Shown here piece by piece: positions 18,916 through 31,920 of a stretch of DNA of 54,978 nucleotides. The stretch's first letter is position 1. Every line of letters starts with the position of its first letter. The translations under genes were made by a program, and so were the position numbers. Location of the stretch: the NCBI GenBank assembly GCA_022730245.1, contig DZCK01000002.1:1-54978 (forward strand). The letters run 5' to 3'. Below the pieces are notes generated by a model that saw only the letters and a list, made by a program, of their open reading frames with translations, was not told the DNA's origin and did no database searches. Origin of the DNA: Halothiobacillus neapolitanus. GTDB taxonomy: Bacteria > Pseudomonadota > Gammaproteobacteria > Halothiobacillales > Halothiobacillaceae.

Positions 18916-18984
18916 AAATTTGAGCCCGCGTTTCGCGGGTTAATGAACTTTGGTCTGTTGCCAAAACTTAATTGTGCGGCAACG

Positions 18985-19046
18985 GCGTCAAAGACCGTCG
19001 GTGTCAATTGTTGAATTGACTTAAACCATTCGCCGACGCAGACGGT
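18985..19046 (+). promoter_or_regulatory. L10 (rplJ) leader RNA
   Basis: cgtc-aaagac-cgtcgg...ttaa...ccgacg-cagacg kink-turn-like pattern upstream of rplJ. Confidence 0.75.
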
Positions 19047-19154
19047 TCCAGTTTGATAGTTAAGTGTCTGGCTGGCCGTGTGAAGGTGCGATGCTTCAAT
19101 TGAAGTGTCGCTTAGGTAACTGGGGAAATCCCCAAGCAACCGTAGGTAAAACAC

Positions 19155-19682
19155 GTGGCTTTAACCATTGATCAGAAGCAGTTAATTGTTGCTGAAGTTT
19201 CAGAGGTTGCGGGTAAAGCGATGTCTGCCGTAGGTGCGAAGAACAGCGGTTTAACTGTTGCTCAAATGACAGCCATGCGTGTTAAAGCACGCAAAAGTGG
19301 TGTTTATTTGCGCGTCATTAAAAACACGTTGGCTCGTCGTGCAATGGCCGATACCTCTTTTTCTTGCATGTCCGAAGCTCTAACCGGTCCCTTGTTGTTG
19401 GCGTTTTCGATGGAAGACCCTGGTTCAGCCGCTCGGCTGATGCGGGATTTTTCAAAAGACTTCCCCAAGCTTGAGATCACGGTTGTAGCGCTGGGCGGCA
19501 AGCTGATCCCCGCAGCAGATATTGATCGTGTGGCGAACCTGCCGACGCGTGAAGAGGCGTTATCGCAGCTTTTATCCGTCATGAAGGCGCCCATCGGCAA
19601 ACTTGCGCGCATCCTCAACGAGGTGCCAAGCAAGTTGGTTCGCACGGTCGATGCCGTTCGCAATCAAAAGCAAGCAGCTTAA
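19155..19682 (+). CDS. rplJ: 50S ribosomal protein L10
   Basis: RVIKNTLARRA, LPTREEAL; GTG start. Confidence 0.97.
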   Translation: MALTIDQKQLIVAEVSEVAGKAMSAVGAKNSGLTVAQMTAMRVKARKSGVYLRVIKNTLARRAMADTSFSCMSEALTGPLLLAFSMEDPGSAARLMRDFSKDFPKLEITVVALGGKLIPAADIDRVANLPTREEALSQLLSVMKAPIGKLARILNEVPSKLVRTVDAVRNQKQAA

Positions 19683-19709
19683 TTAACTTTTATTTTTAGG
19701 ATTTTTAAA

Positions 19710-20084
19710 ATGGCAATTTCAAAAGACGATATTCTCGACACTATCTCTAACATGAGCGTTATGGAAGTAGTTGAGTTGATTTCCGCAATGGAAGAAAAAT
19801 TTGGTGTAACAGCCGCCGTTGCGGTTGCAGCAGCAGGTCCTGCGGCAGGTCCTGCGGCCGTTGTAGAAGAAAAAACTGAATTTGACGTTGTAATGACTTC
19901 ATTCGGCGCGAACAAAGTTGGCGTAATTAAAGCAGTTCGTGAGTTGACCGGTCTGGGTTTGAAAGAAGCCAAAGATATGGTTGAAGCCGTTCCTGCGACC
20001 GTAAAAGAAGGCGCCAATAAAGCGGATGCCGATAGCATTAAAGCGAAATTGACTGAAGCAGGCGCAACGGTCGAGATTAAGTGA
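19710..20084 (+). CDS. rplL: 50S ribosomal protein L7/L12
   Basis: [23 protein letters not shown]. Confidence 0.98.
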   Translation: MAISKDDILDTISNMSVMEVVELISAMEEKFGVTAAVAVAAAGPAAGPAAVVEEKTEFDVVMTSFGANKVGVIKAVRELTGLGLKEAKDMVEAVPATVKEGANKADADSIKAKLTEAGATVEIK

Positions 20085-20115
20085 TTAAAATCAAGCGTTA
20101 ATGCTTGATTTATTG

Positions 20116-20146
20116 GGCTGGCGATGAAAGTTGCTGGCCTTTCTTC
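20116..20146 (+). terminator. rplL-rpoB attenuator-like hairpin
   Basis: ggctggcgat-gaaa-gttgctggcc (with G-U pairs) followed by tttctt; same position as the E. coli rpoBC attenuator. Confidence 0.6.
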
Positions 20147-20295
20147 GTTGGTTTTTTCTTAGGTTTCCCCGTTAAATTAACTCAATTTAGGGCAGGTTTA
20201 AGAAAAGTCCAAAGGAACCCTAAAAAGTACCTGGCAATCCCCCCGCTAAGCGCCCGCGTGCGCTGCGCAATCCGTATATCCGATGAGGAAGGCAG

Positions 20296-23200
20296 ATGAG
20301 CTATTCATTCACTGAAAAAAAGCGAATCCGCAAGGAATTCGGCCACCGTGCTGATATCCTGCCGGTACCGTATTTGCTGGCGACTCAAGTTGAGTCTTAC
20401 AAAGCGTTTTTGCAACAGGGCGTTCCGGCTAAAGGCCGAGCTGACGCGGGTTTGCATGCTGCATTGAGTTCAGTTTTCCCAATACGCAGCCATTCGGGCA
20501 GCGCGGAAATTGCCTACGTCGATTACCACTTTGGTGAGCCCGCCTTTGATGTGCGGGAATGCCAAATTCGTGGTTTAAGTTATGGTGCACCGCTCCGGGC
20601 GAAACTCCGTTTGGTTATTTATGACCGTGAAGCGCCAGCGGGTGCCAAAGTGGTTAAAGATATTCGTGAGCAAGATGTCTATTTAGGTGAAATCCCTTTA
20701 ATGACAGAAAGTGGCACGTTTGTTATTAACGGAACAGAGCGCGTTATCGTATCGCAGCTTCATCGCTCGCCGGGCGTGTTTTTTGACCACGATAAAGGCA
20801 AAACGTCGAGCTCGAAAAAAATCCTATTTTCAGCGCGTGTCATTCCTTATCGTGGTTCTTGGTTGGACTTCGAGTTTGATCAAAAAGACATTCTCTACGC
20901 CCGAATCGATCGCCGTCGTAAAATTCCCGCCTCGATTATTTTGCGCGCCTTGGGTTACACCAATAGCGATATGCTCAATATATTCTTCGAGCATGATGAG
21001 TTCCGCGTTGATCCCGAGGGCGGTTTGGCTCTGACCTTGGTGGCCGATCGCCTCAAGGGGACGGATGCGGCATTTGATATTGATGTCAGTGGTGAGAACT
21101 TAATCAAAACCGGTAAGCGCATTACGGCACGTCATGTGCGTGCGCTTGTGGCTGCCAATATCTCAAGTTTGCCGGTGCCGATTGATTTTATCGTGAGCCG
21201 TGTTTTGGCTGAAGATGTGATCGACAAAAATACCGGTGAATTGTTGGCTCGTGGCAACGATGAATTAACACAAGAGTTGGTTTTGAAATTTGCTAAAGCT
21301 GGTATTGCCGCCTTCAAAACATTGTATTTCAATGATGTTGACCGTGGTCCGTTCATGTCGCTCACTTTGCGTGCAGATCCGTCCTCAACGCCATTGGAGG
21401 CGATGGTCGAGATTTATAAAATGATGCGCCCCGGTGAGCCGCCCACAAAAGACTCAGCCGAAGGCTTATTCCACGGTTTGTTCTTCACTGAAGATCGCTA
21501 TGATTTGTCGGATGTGGGTCGGATGAAGTTTAACCGTCGGGTTGAGCGTGGTACGGATAGTGGGCCGGGTGTTTTATATGACGGTAAATATTTTGCGCAT
21601 TTGTCCGCTCAGGGTAATGAGTCGGCCAAAGAGTTGCGTCAAAGTCAAGGTGATGCGTCAGACATCTTAGATGTGATGAAAACCTTGATTGATATCCGCA
21701 ATGGCAACGGCAAAACCGACGATATTGACCATCTGGGTAATCGGCGGATTCGTTCTGTCGGTGAAATGACAGAAAACGTATTTCGTATTGGTTTAGTTCG
21801 CGTTGAGCGGGCGGTAAAAGAGCGTCTCACTCAAGCGGAATCTGAAGGTTTAACCCCGCAGGATTTGATAAACGCTAAGCCGGTAGCGGCCGCTATTAAA
21901 GAGTTCTTTGGATCAAGCCAGTTATCGCAATTCATGGATCAAAATAACCCCCTATCTGAAATTACGCACAAGCGTCGTATTTCAGCCTTGGGCCCCGGTG
22001 GCTTGACGCGTGAACGCGCTGGCTTTGAAGTGCGCGATGTACACACCACGCATTACGGCCGTGTGTGCCCAATTGAAACGCCAGAAGGGCCAAACATTGG
22101 CCTGATTAACTCGCAAGCGACCTATGCGCGCACCAATCACTACGGGTTTTTGGAAACCCCTTACCGCACCGTGAAAGATGGCGTGGTGAGTAAAGAGGTG
22201 GATTGGTTGTCGGCTTATGAAGAAGAGAAATTCACGATTGCTCAAGCCAATGCGCCTCTTGATGATCATGGGGTGTTGCAGGGCAATTTGATTTCGGTTC
22301 GGCGTGCCGGTGAATTTATGTTGGCGGGTTCAGAAGAAATCCAATATATGGATGTCTCGCCCAAGCAGATCGTGTCGATCGCGGCTTCAATTATTCCGTT
22401 CCTTGAACACGATGATGCGAACCGTGCGTTGATGGGTTCGAACATGCAAAGACAAGCCGTGCCAACCCTTCGTGCGGACAAGCCGCTGGTCGGCACCGGC
22501 ATGGAGCGCGTGGTGGCGACCGATTCGGGTTCGTGCGTGGTGGCGCGTCGGGGCGGTGTGGTTGATCGGGTTGATGCGGCGCGGGTTGTGGTTCGTGTTA
22601 ATGCAACCGAAGCCAGCCAAGGCGATGTGGGCGTGGATATCTACAATCTCACTAAATACACCCGCTCAAACCAAAATACCTGCATCAACCAAACCCCCTT
22701 AGTTAAGGCGGGTGACATTATTGCGAAAGGTGATGTGCTGGCCGATGGGCCGTCGGTAGATATGGGTGAGTTGGCCTTGGGGCAGAATATTCTTTGCGCA
22801 TTTATGCCATGGAATGGATACAACTTCGAGGATTCTATTCTTTTATCTGAGCGGGTTGTGCGGGAAGACCGCCTAACCACAATTCACATTGAAGAGTTGA
22901 ATTGCATCGCACGGGATACCAAATTGGGCTCTGAGGAAATCACCGCCGATATCCCGAATGTGGCCGAAAGTTTGCTCAATAAGCTCGATTTAGCTGGCAT
23001 CGTGCATGTGGGTGCTGAAGTTCGCCCGGGCGATATTCTGGTCGGGAAAGTTACGCCGAAAGGCGAGACTCAGCTCACACCGGAAGAGAAGCTCTTGCGT
23101 GCCATCTTTGGTGAAAAAGCGTCTGATGTGAAAGATACCTCTTTGCGTGTACCACCTGGCATGGAAGGCACCGTGATTGACGTGCGGGTATTTACGCGTG

Positions 23201-24462
23201 ATGGCATCGAAAAAGACAGCCGAGCGCGTGCGATCGAAGAGGCCGATCTTGAGGCCGTGCGTAAAGATCTTAAAGATCGGATGCGTATTATTGAAGGCGA
23301 TATTACCGCGCGGGTTAAATCGGTGCTGATTGGCCAAATCGCGGTGGGCGGCGCGGGTGTTAAAGCGGGCAGCAAAATTACCGCTGCTCAACTGGAGAAA
23401 GTCGATCCGGCGAAGTGGCTAGAAATCCGCGTTGAAGGCGAGGAAGCAGCACAAGCGCTCGAAGAATATAATGCCCAGTTGATTCAAGCGCAGGCCGATA
23501 TCGACAAACGTTTTGAAAATAAAAAGAAAAAAATCCAGCAAGGCGATGACCTTGCGCCGGGTGTTTTGAAGATGGTCAAAGTGTTTGTGGCAGTTAAGCG
23601 CCGCATTCAACCGGGCGATAAATTGGCCGGCCGTCACGGCAACAAGGGCGTCGTCTCCATGATTGTGCCTGAAGAAGATATGCCCTATATGGACAATGGC
23701 CAACCGGTTGACATCTGCTTGAATCCGCTCGGTGTGCCATCGCGAATGAACATCGGCCAGATTCTTGAGACGCATCTCGGGTTTGCCGCGCGGGGGTTGG
23801 GGCTCAAAATTGAAGAAATGCTCAAGCTCGAACGCGCTAAGGCCTTGATTGAGTTGCGCGCCTTTTTGCACAAAGTGTACAACCACAGTGCCAATAAAAA
23901 TGTGGATTTAGATTCACTCAACGATGATGAGCTGATTGAGTTGGCGCGTAACCTTCGGGGCGGTGTGCCGATGGCAACACCGGTGTTCGATGGTGCCTCT
24001 GAGGATGAAATCAAGTACATGCTTGAATTGGCGGGCTTGCCTACTTCAGGGCAAGTGCAGCTGTTTGATGGCCGTACGGGCGATCCCTTTGAGCGCAAAA
24101 CAACCGTGGGCTACATGTACATGCTCAAATTGAACCACTTGGTTGACGACAAAATGCATGCCCGTTCAACAGGCCCGTATTCACTGGTTACCCAGCAACC
24201 TTTGGGCGGTAAAGCGCAGTTTGGTGGTCAGCGGTTTGGGGAGATGGAGGTGTGGGCGCTTGAAGCGTATGGCGCGGCGTACACCTTGCAGGAAATGCTC
24301 ACGGTTAAATCGGATGACGTTAATGGCCGAAACAAAATGTATAAAAACATTGTGGATGGCGATCTTAAAATGGATGCGGGTATGCCGGAATCCTTTAACG
24401 TGCTCCTCAAGGAAATTCGATCGCTCGCAATCAATGTGGAACTGGAGTTGGGTAAAGAGTAA
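20296..24462 (+). CDS. rpoB: RNA polymerase beta subunit
   Basis: RRDR ([21 protein letters not shown]), [25 protein letters not shown]. Confidence 0.99.
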   Translation: MSYSFTEKKRIRKEFGHRADILPVPYLLATQVESYKAFLQQGVPAKGRADAGLHAALSSVFPIRSHSGSAEIAYVDYHFGEPAFDVRECQIRGLSYGAPLRAKLRLVIYDREAPAGAKVVKDIREQDVYLGEIPLMTESGTFVINGTERVIVSQLHRSPGVFFDHDKGKTSSSKKILFSARVIPYRGSWLDFEFDQKDILYARIDRRRKIPASIILRALGYTNSDMLNIFFEHDEFRVDPEGGLALTLVADRLKGTDAAFDIDVSGENLIKTGKRITARHVRALVAANISSLPVPIDFIVSRVLAEDVIDKNTGELLARGNDELTQELVLKFAKAGIAAFKTLYFNDVDRGPFMSLTLRADPSSTPLEAMVEIYKMMRPGEPPTKDSAEGLFHGLFFTEDRYDLSDVGRMKFNRRVERGTDSGPGVLYDGKYFAHLSAQGNESAKELRQSQGDASDILDVMKTLIDIRNGNGKTDDIDHLGNRRIRSVGEMTENVFRIGLVRVERAVKERLTQAESEGLTPQDLINAKPVAAAIKEFFGSSQLSQFMDQNNPLSEITHKRRISALGPGGLTRERAGFEVRDVHTTHYGRVCPIETPEGPNIGLINSQATYARTNHYGFLETPYRTVKDGVVSKEVDWLSAYEEEKFTIAQANAPLDDHGVLQGNLISVRRAGEFMLAGSEEIQYMDVSPKQIVSIAASIIPFLEHDDANRALMGSNMQRQAVPTLRADKPLVGTGMERVVATDSGSCVVARRGGVVDRVDAARVVVRVNATEASQGDVGVDIYNLTKYTRSNQNTCINQTPLVKAGDIIAKGDVLADGPSVDMGELALGQNILCAFMPWNGYNFEDSILLSERVVREDRLTTIHIEELNCIARDTKLGSEEITADIPNVAESLLNKLDLAGIVHVGAEVRPGDILVGKVTPKGETQLTPEEKLLRAIFGEKASDVKDTSLRVPPGMEGTVIDVRVFTRDGIEKDSRARAIEEADLEAVRKDLKDRMRIIEGDITARVKSVLIGQIAVGGAGVKAGSKITAAQLEKVDPAKWLEIRVEGEEAAQALEEYNAQLIQAQADIDKRFENKKKKIQQGDDLAPGVLKMVKVFVAVKRRIQPGDKLAGRHGNKGVVSMIVPEEDMPYMDNGQPVDICLNPLGVPSRMNIGQILETHLGFAARGLGLKIEEMLKLERAKALIELRAFLHKVYNHSANKNVDLDSLNDDELIELARNLRGGVPMATPVFDGASEDEIKYMLELAGLPTSGQVQLFDGRTGDPFERKTTVGYMYMLKLNHLVDDKMHARSTGPYSLVTQQPLGGKAQFGGQRFGEMEVWALEAYGAAYTLQEMLTVKSDDVNGRNKMYKNIVDGDLKMDAGMPESFNVLLKEIRSLAINVELELGKE

Positions 24463-24572
24463 CCAAAGGCCGGGTGCATCCCGGCCATTTGCCCGAACAA
24501 ATCCTAGGGGCCGAATAAGCCCGATTGTCCCAACCGACAGGTTGTCTTAATAGCAAGGCAGGTAAGAATTCA

Positions 24573-27500
24573 ATGAAAGAGCTACTCAATTTAATGAGTC
24601 GTGAAGTGACCGATGATGATTTCGATGGTATTCGGATTTCATTATCCTCACCCGAAATGATCCGCTCATGGTCTTATGGTGAAGTGAAAAAACCAGAGAC
24701 CATCAACTACCGCACGTTCAAACCTGAGCGTGATGGGTTGTTTTGCGCCAAAATTTTCGGCCCCGTGCGCGATTACGAATGCCTTTGCGGTAAATATAAG
24801 CGTCTAAAACATCGCGGTGTGGTCTGTGAAAAATGCGGCGTTGAAGTCACCTTGTCCAAAGTGCGCCGCGAGCGCATGGGGCATATTGAACTGGCTTGCC
24901 CGGTAGCGCACATTTGGTACTTAAAATCTTTGCCATCACGCATTGGTTTGTTGCTGGATATGACCTTGCGGGATATTGAGCGCGTCCTCTATTTTGAAGC
25001 GTTCGTTGTCACAGATCCAGGGATGACTACGCTGACCAAAAGCAGCTTGCTGACGGATGAAATGTACATAGATGCCATTGAGCAGTTCGGCGATGAGTTC
25101 GAAGCCGATATGGGCGCCGAAGCAGTACAAAAGCTACTTAAAGACATCGATATTGACGCGCAAATTATTAGCCTGCGCGATGAATTGGCTGAAACCGGTT
25201 CAGAAACCAAAATTAAGCGCCTCTCCAAGCGTTTGAAATTGCTCGAAGCATTTAAAGAGTCCGGTAATCGTCCTGAATGGATGGTGATGACGCAGCTGCC
25301 GGTGTTGCCGCCAGATTTGCGCCCCTTAGTGCCATTGGACGGCGGCCGCTTTGCGACGTCTGATCTGAATGATCTCTATCGCCGAGTGATTAACCGGAAC
25401 AACCGCTTAAAGCGCCTGCTCGAAATTAACGCGCCCGACATCATTTTGCGGAATGAAAAACGCATGCTGCAAGAGTCGGTTGACTCGTTGCTGGATAACG
25501 GTCGTCGCGGTCGCGCCGTCACGGGTACCAATAAACGGCCTTTGAAATCGCTGGCCGATATGATTAAAGGCAAGCAAGGCCGATTCCGCCAAAACTTGTT
25601 GGGTAAACGGGTCGATTACTCTGGCCGTTCGGTCATCGTGGTGGGGCCAACTTTGCGCCTGCACCAGTGTGGCCTGCCGAAAAAAATGGCTTTAGAATTA
25701 TTTAAGCCGTTCATTTTTGGCAAACTCCACCGTCGGGGTTTGGCGACAACCATTAAAGCGGCCAAAAAATTGGTTGAGCGCGAAGGCCCCGAGGTTTGGG
25801 ATGTGCTCGAAGAGGTGATCCGCGAGCATCCGGTGTTGTTAAACCGCGCGCCGACACTGCACCGGTTGGGCATCCAAGCTTTTGAGCCCATCTTGATTGA
25901 AGGTAAGGCGATTCAGTTGCATCCGTTGGTGTGCTCGTCCTACAACGCGGACTTTGATGGCGATCAAATGGCCGTACACGTGCCTTTGTCATTGGAAGCA
26001 CAAGCCGAAGCCCGTACCTTGATGATGTCTACCAATAACGTGCTGTCACCAGCGAATGGTGACCCGGTCATCGTGCCGTCGCAAGATATCGTGCTCGGCA
26101 TTTATTACATGACCCGCGCGAAAGTAAATGGCCGGGGCGAAGGCATGGTTTTTGCCGACCTCGACGAAGTGCAGCGTGCCTACGATAACCATCAAGCCGA
26201 AATTGGCGCGATGATTAAAGTGCGCGTCAATGATTGGATTCGTCATGATGATGGCCGCGCTGAATCTGTGCGCCAAATTGTCGATACAACCGTGGGTCGT
26301 GCGCTGTTATTCCGCACCTTGCCCGTGGGCGTACCTTTCGCGCAAATCAACAAGGATATGGGTAAAAAAGCGATTTCTGCCTTGTTGAACTATGTGTATC
26401 GTCAGTTGGGCTTGAAAGATACGGTACTGTTTGCCGATCAAATGATGTACACCGGCTTTCGCTTTGCCACGCGTTCGGGCATTTCTATTTGCTCGGATGA
26501 CATGCTGGTGCCGCCGTCAAAACCGGCTGAATTGGCTAAGGCCGAGGCCGAGGTTCAAGAAATTCAAACCCAGTATTCCCAAGGTTTGGTCACTGAAAAA
26601 GAGCGCTACAACAAAGTGGTTGATATTTGGTCGCGCGCGAATGACCAAATTTCACGCGCCATGATGGAGCAGCTCGGTTCAGAGAAAGTGGTCGATCGTC
26701 ATGGTGAGACGGTTAAACAAAGCTCGTTTAACGCGATTTTCATGATGGCTGATTCTGGTGCGCGGGGCTCGGCGGCGCAAATTCGCCAGTTGGCGGGTAT
26801 GCGCGGCTTAATGGCCAAGCCCGATGGTTCAATTATTGAAACGCCCATCACGGCCAACTTCCGCGAAGGCTTAAACGTACTTCAGTACTTTATCTCCACC
26901 CACGGCGCGCGCAAAGGCTTGGCCGATACCGCGCTCAAAACGGCCAACTCAGGTTATTTAACCCGTCGCTTGGTTGATGTGGCGCAAGATTTGGTTGTTA
27001 CCATTGAAGATTGCGGTACTACGGCGCCCGGCTTAAAAGTCACCGCCGTTATTGAAGGCGGCGATGTGGTTCAGGGCTTGGGCGCGCGTATTTTGGGTCG
27101 CACCACCGCTCAAGATGTATTAAAACCGGGTTCCGATGAGGTGTTAGTTGCCACGGGCACAATTCTGAATGAATTAATGGTGTTTCGACTGGAAGAAGCG
27201 GGTGTCGACGAGGTGTGGGTTCGCTCGCCGATCGGTTGCGAGGCGCGTCACGGCATTTGCCAAAAATGTTATGGTCGAGATTTAGCACGCGGCAAAATCG
27301 TAAATATTGGCGAAGCGGTTGGTGTGATCGCCGCGCAATCGATTGGCGAGCCCGGCACGCAGCTCACCATGCGTACCTTCCATATTGGTGGCGCGGCATC
27401 TCGGTCAGCGGCCATCAGTTCGGTGCAAAATAAAGCCGCTGGTCTTGTTCGGTTGCACAACCTAAAAACCGTCATTAACCGGGATAACGACCTTGTGGCG

Positions 27501-28781
27501 GTCACCCGCTCGGGTGAGTTGGGTATGGTCGATGATCAGGGGCGCGAACGTGAACGTTATAAAGTGCCTTATGGCGCGGTGATTCGTGTCAAAGAAGGCG
27601 ATAAAGTGGCCGCAGGCACTACGCTGGCAAGCTGGGATCCGCATACCCATCCTGTGGTCAGTGAAATGCAAGGTCAGGCTCGCTTCTCCGATTTTGCCGA
27701 TGGCTTGTCTGTCAAATTAGAAACGGATGAAATTACGGGCTTGTCTGCTTTGATTATTATTGATCCCAAGCATCGCAGCACCGCCGCCGCAAAAGAAATG
27801 CGCCCAGCGATTTCACTGGTCGATGATTCTGGCAATCCTATCTGTTTGGTTGGCACCGAAATTCCCGCGTTTTATGTGTTGCCTGCCGGTGCCATTATTG
27901 GTATCGAAGATGGCGCCACAGTTCAAGTGGGCGACGTTATTGCACGCATACCGCAGGAATCTTCAAAAACCCGCGATATTACCGGGGGTTTGCCGCGCGT
28001 GGCCGACTTGTTTGAAGCCCGCAAACCCAAAGAGCCTGCGATTTTGGCGGAATACACCGGCACCATTAGTTTCGGTAAAGAAACCAAAGGCAAACAGCGC
28101 CTAGTCATTACCGATGAGCATGGCGAGGCACACGAAGAGTTAATTCCTAAATATCGGGTGATTAACGTATTCGAAGGCGAGCACGTGGCGCGCGGGGAGG
28201 TCATCGCCGATGGTGAGTTGACCCCGCACGATATTTTGCGCTTGCGCGGCATCCCCGATTTGGCTGCCTACATCATCAAAGAAATTCAAGATGTGTACCG
28301 CCTGCAAGGGGTAATTATTAGTGATAAACACATCGAAGTGATCGTGCGTCAAATGCTTCGTAAGGTCGAGATTACCGATACGGGTGATTCGGGTTACTTG
28401 CGTGGCGATCAGGTAGATAAGGCACGCTTGCTTGAAGAGAACCGCAATCTTGAACTAGCGGGCAAGTTTGCCGCTAAATTTGATCCCATGTTGCTGGGTA
28501 TCACCAAGGCATCTTTGGTTACCGAGTCGTTTATTTCAGCGGCTTCTTTCCAAGAAACAACCCGAGTGCTTACGGATTCATCCACCCGCGGTGCGCGCGA
28601 TGAATTGCGGGGGCTGAAAGAAAACGTGATTGTAGGGCGCTTAATCCCTGCAGGAACGGGCTTGGCTTACCACCAAGAACGCCGTCGTCGTCGTCATTTG
28701 ACGATAGACTCGGCAAACGCTCTCTTTATGGACAGCGATTCATCGGAATCGCGAGTCGATGAAGGCGAGAGCGTGGCTTAA
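24573..28781 (+). CDS. rpoC: RNA polymerase beta' subunit
   Basis: NADFDGDQM active site, Zn fingers; ATG 24573 preferred over TTG 24525. Confidence 0.99.
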   Translation: MKELLNLMSREVTDDDFDGIRISLSSPEMIRSWSYGEVKKPETINYRTFKPERDGLFCAKIFGPVRDYECLCGKYKRLKHRGVVCEKCGVEVTLSKVRRERMGHIELACPVAHIWYLKSLPSRIGLLLDMTLRDIERVLYFEAFVVTDPGMTTLTKSSLLTDEMYIDAIEQFGDEFEADMGAEAVQKLLKDIDIDAQIISLRDELAETGSETKIKRLSKRLKLLEAFKESGNRPEWMVMTQLPVLPPDLRPLVPLDGGRFATSDLNDLYRRVINRNNRLKRLLEINAPDIILRNEKRMLQESVDSLLDNGRRGRAVTGTNKRPLKSLADMIKGKQGRFRQNLLGKRVDYSGRSVIVVGPTLRLHQCGLPKKMALELFKPFIFGKLHRRGLATTIKAAKKLVEREGPEVWDVLEEVIREHPVLLNRAPTLHRLGIQAFEPILIEGKAIQLHPLVCSSYNADFDGDQMAVHVPLSLEAQAEARTLMMSTNNVLSPANGDPVIVPSQDIVLGIYYMTRAKVNGRGEGMVFADLDEVQRAYDNHQAEIGAMIKVRVNDWIRHDDGRAESVRQIVDTTVGRALLFRTLPVGVPFAQINKDMGKKAISALLNYVYRQLGLKDTVLFADQMMYTGFRFATRSGISICSDDMLVPPSKPAELAKAEAEVQEIQTQYSQGLVTEKERYNKVVDIWSRANDQISRAMMEQLGSEKVVDRHGETVKQSSFNAIFMMADSGARGSAAQIRQLAGMRGLMAKPDGSIIETPITANFREGLNVLQYFISTHGARKGLADTALKTANSGYLTRRLVDVAQDLVVTIEDCGTTAPGLKVTAVIEGGDVVQGLGARILGRTTAQDVLKPGSDEVLVATGTILNELMVFRLEEAGVDEVWVRSPIGCEARHGICQKCYGRDLARGKIVNIGEAVGVIAAQSIGEPGTQLTMRTFHIGGAASRSAAISSVQNKAAGLVRLHNLKTVINRDNDLVAVTRSGELGMVDDQGRERERYKVPYGAVIRVKEGDKVAAGTTLASWDPHTHPVVSEMQGQARFSDFADGLSVKLETDEITGLSALIIIDPKHRSTAAAKEMRPAISLVDDSGNPICLVGTEIPAFYVLPAGAIIGIEDGATVQVGDVIARIPQESSKTRDITGGLPRVADLFEARKPKEPAILAEYTGTISFGKETKGKQRLVITDEHGEAHEELIPKYRVINVFEGEHVARGEVIADGELTPHDILRLRGIPDLAAYIIKEIQDVYRLQGVIISDKHIEVIVRQMLRKVEITDTGDSGYLRGDQVDKARLLEENRNLELAGKFAAKFDPMLLGITKASLVTESFISAASFQETTRVLTDSSTRGARDELRGLKENVIVGRLIPAGTGLAYHQERRRRRHLTIDSANALFMDSDSSESRVDEGESVA

Positions 28782-28797
28782 TCTGTCACAACGGTGA

Positions 28798-28826
28798 TTG
28801 ACAGAACAGTAAACACTGCTTAGAAT
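28798..28826 (+). promoter_or_regulatory. Sigma70 promoter of the str operon
   Basis: TTGACA-N17-TAGAAT, followed by a leader hairpin cgacggg/cccgtcg (28839-28859). Confidence 0.85.
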
Positions 28827-28889
28827 CATTGCCCTTTGCGACGGGTCTCAAGCCCGTCGTGTTAGTTTTTGGTCGGAGAAGAGATAACC

Positions 28890-29267
28890 ATGGCTACAGT
28901 TAATCAGCTCGTGCGCAAGCCGCGCAAGCGACTGGTCGAAAAGACCAAAGTACCCGCACTCGAAGGCTGCCCGCAGCGTCGTGGTGTATGTACGCGTGTT
29001 TATACCACTACACCTAAAAAGCCTAACTCGGCTTTGCGTAAGGTTGCCCGTGTGCGCCTAACGTCCGGTTTTGAAGTAACCGGTTACATTGGTGGTGAAG
29101 GCCACAACCTGCAGGAGCACTCCGTTGTTCTTATTCGCGGTGGTCGTGTTAAAGATTTGCCAGGTGTTCGTTACCACGTTGTTCGCGGTAGCTTGGATAC
29201 CCAAGGTGTTGATAAGCGCCGTCAAGGTCGCTCAAAATATGGCGCTAAGCGCCCTAAAGCCAAATAA
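28890..29267 (+). CDS. rpsL: 30S ribosomal protein S12
   Basis: [23 protein letters not shown]. Confidence 0.99.
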   Translation: MATVNQLVRKPRKRLVEKTKVPALEGCPQRRGVCTRVYTTTPKKPNSALRKVARVRLTSGFEVTGYIGGEGHNLQEHSVVLIRGGRVKDLPGVRYHVVRGSLDTQGVDKRRQGRSKYGAKRPKAK

Positions 29268-29273
29268 ATTTAG

Positions 29274-29765
<492 letters not shown>

Positions 29766-29782
29766 TTTAAGAGGTAAACCCT

Positions 29783-31882
29783 GTGGCCAGAACCACCCCG
29801 CTCGAGCGCTATCGCAATTTCGGCATCATGGCGCATATTGATGCTGGCAAGACCACTACGACAGAACGCATCCTGTTTTACACCGGTGTATCGCACAAGA
29901 TCGGTGAAGTTCACGATGGCGCCGCCACAATGGACTGGATGGAGCAAGAGCAGGAGCGTGGTATTACCATTACTTCTGCCGCGACAACCGCTTTTTGGGG
30001 CGGTATGGATAAGCAGTTTGAGCCGCATCGCTTTAATATCATTGATACACCAGGCCACGTCGATTTTACAATCGAAGTAGAGCGCTCTTTGCGTGTGCTT
30101 GATGGCGCTGTGTTCGTATTGTGCGCGGTGGGTGGTGTTCAGCCTCAGTCTGAAACCGTTTGGCGCCAAGCCAACAAGTATTCTGTTCCACGCCTTGCGT
30201 TCGTAAACAAGATGGATCGCCAAGGCGCGGATTTTTATCGGGTTATTGAGCAGCTTAAAAAGCGGCTTGGTGCGAATCCAGTGCCAGTCGTGCTCCCCAT
30301 TGGTGCGGAAGAAGGCTTTGAAGGCGTTATTGATTTGCTGCGCATGAAGGCAATTTATTGGAATACCGAAGACATGGGGATGACCTATGATGCGAAGGAG
30401 ATTCCAGCAGAATTGCGCGCTAAAGCAGAAACCTACCGCGAGCAGATGATCGAGGCGGCTGCTGAGGCCAACGAAGAGTACATGGAAAAGTACCTTGAAA
30501 CCGGCACGCTTACAGACGAAGAAATTGTACTGGGTCTTCGTGCTCGCACCCTGCGTAACGAAATTATTCCGGCTTTGTGCGGTACGGCCTTTAAAAATAA
30601 GGGCGTGCAAAAAATGCTGGACGCCGTTGTTGATTATTTGCCCTCACCGATGCAGGTGCCGCCAATTAAAGGTGAGTTGCCAAATGGTGAGGCATCGGTG
30701 CGTAAAACCGGCGATGATCAGCCTTTTTCTGCACTGGCATTTAAAATCATGACGGATCCGTTTGTTGGTTCGTTGACGTTCTTCCGTGTTTATTCCGGCG
30801 TTGTCAACGCGGGGGATGCGGTGCTGAACTCAACCAAGGACAGCAAAGAGCGCATGGGTCGGATTTTGCAAATGCATGCCAACACCCGTGAGGAGATCAA
30901 AGAGGTTTATTCGGGTGACATCGCCGCCGCCGTAGGCCTAAAGAACGTCATTACCGGTGACACATTGTGTGATCTGGCGAATCCGATTGTTCTTGAACGG
31001 ATGATTTTCCCAGAGCCGGTTATTTCCGTTGCGGTAGAGCCGAAAACGAAGGGCGACCAAGAAAAAATGGGCATGGCTTTGGGGCGACTTGCTCAAGAAG
31101 ACCCCTCATTCCGTGTGCGCACCGATGAAGAATCTGGTCAAACGATTATTGCCGGTATGGGTGAGTTACATCTTGAAATTCTAGTAGACCGTATGCGTCG
31201 TGAGTTTAAAGTTGAGGCCAATATTGGTAAACCTCAGGTTGCTTATCGTGAAACCATACGTGGAACGGTGGAGCAAGACGGTAAGTTTGTGCGTCAATCG
31301 GGTGGCCGTGGCCAATATGGTCATGTCAAAATTCGTATCGAGCCCCTCGAAGTGGGTGGTGGCTATGAATTTGTTAACGGTATTGTGGGTGGTGTTGTTC
31401 CCCGTGAATACATTCCTGCAGTTGATAAGGGTATTCAAGAACAAATTAAAAATGGCGTTATCGCGGGCTTCCCAGTCGTAGACGTTAAAGTTACTTTGTT
31501 TGATGGCTCTTACCATGAGGTTGACTCAAACGAAATGGCCTTCAAAATCGCGGGCTCCATGGCATTTAAAGAAGGGGCGGTGAAAGCTAAACCCGTGTTG
31601 CTTGAGCCTATGATGAAGGTCGAGGTGGAAACACCTGAAGACTACATGGGCGATGTGATTGGTGACCTGAACCGTCGCCGTGGCATCATTCAGGGTATGG
31701 ATGACACCACGGGTGGCGGGAAACAGGTTCGTGCAGAGGTGCCGTTATCGGAGATGTTTGGTTATGCGACCGATCTTCGTTCCGCAACCCAGGGTCGTGC
31801 GACTTACTCTATGGAGTTTGCTCATTATTCCGAGGCTCCGAAGCATGTTGCTGAAGCAGTCATTAAAGGTCAGTCGGCTTAA
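29783..31882 (+). CDS. fusA: Elongation factor G
   Basis: [33 protein letters not shown]; GTG start. Confidence 0.99.
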   Translation: MARTTPLERYRNFGIMAHIDAGKTTTTERILFYTGVSHKIGEVHDGAATMDWMEQEQERGITITSAATTAFWGGMDKQFEPHRFNIIDTPGHVDFTIEVERSLRVLDGAVFVLCAVGGVQPQSETVWRQANKYSVPRLAFVNKMDRQGADFYRVIEQLKKRLGANPVPVVLPIGAEEGFEGVIDLLRMKAIYWNTEDMGMTYDAKEIPAELRAKAETYREQMIEAAAEANEEYMEKYLETGTLTDEEIVLGLRARTLRNEIIPALCGTAFKNKGVQKMLDAVVDYLPSPMQVPPIKGELPNGEASVRKTGDDQPFSALAFKIMTDPFVGSLTFFRVYSGVVNAGDAVLNSTKDSKERMGRILQMHANTREEIKEVYSGDIAAAVGLKNVITGDTLCDLANPIVLERMIFPEPVISVAVEPKTKGDQEKMGMALGRLAQEDPSFRVRTDEESGQTIIAGMGELHLEILVDRMRREFKVEANIGKPQVAYRETIRGTVEQDGKFVRQSGGRGQYGHVKIRIEPLEVGGGYEFVNGIVGGVVPREYIPAVDKGIQEQIKNGVIAGFPVVDVKVTLFDGSYHEVDSNEMAFKIAGSMAFKEGAVKAKPVLLEPMMKVEVETPEDYMGDVIGDLNRRRGIIQGMDDTTGGGKQVRAEVPLSEMFGYATDLRSATQGRATYSMEFAHYSEAPKHVAEAVIKGQSA

Positions 31883-31920
31883 ACTTTATTTACTTAATTT
31901 GAATTCTAGAGGCATATATC

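Noticed and set aside
20105-20299. 64-aa ORF in the rplL-rpoB spacer, considered as a leader peptide
   Set aside because: TTG start without an RBS; runs through terminator-like hairpins; better explained as structured RNA.
24468-24486. Hairpin ggccggg-tgcat-cccggcc between rpoB and rpoC, considered as a terminator or REP
   Set aside because: Weak U-tract and no other copy in the window; probably an ordinary stabilising or pause hairpin.
20296-28781. Inteins, introns, frameshifts or classical rifampicin-resistance alleles in rpoB/rpoC (and streptomycin alleles in rpsL)
   Set aside because: ORFs are uninterrupted and of normal length; RRDR cluster I and the S12 PKKPNS/RVKD motifs look wild type.
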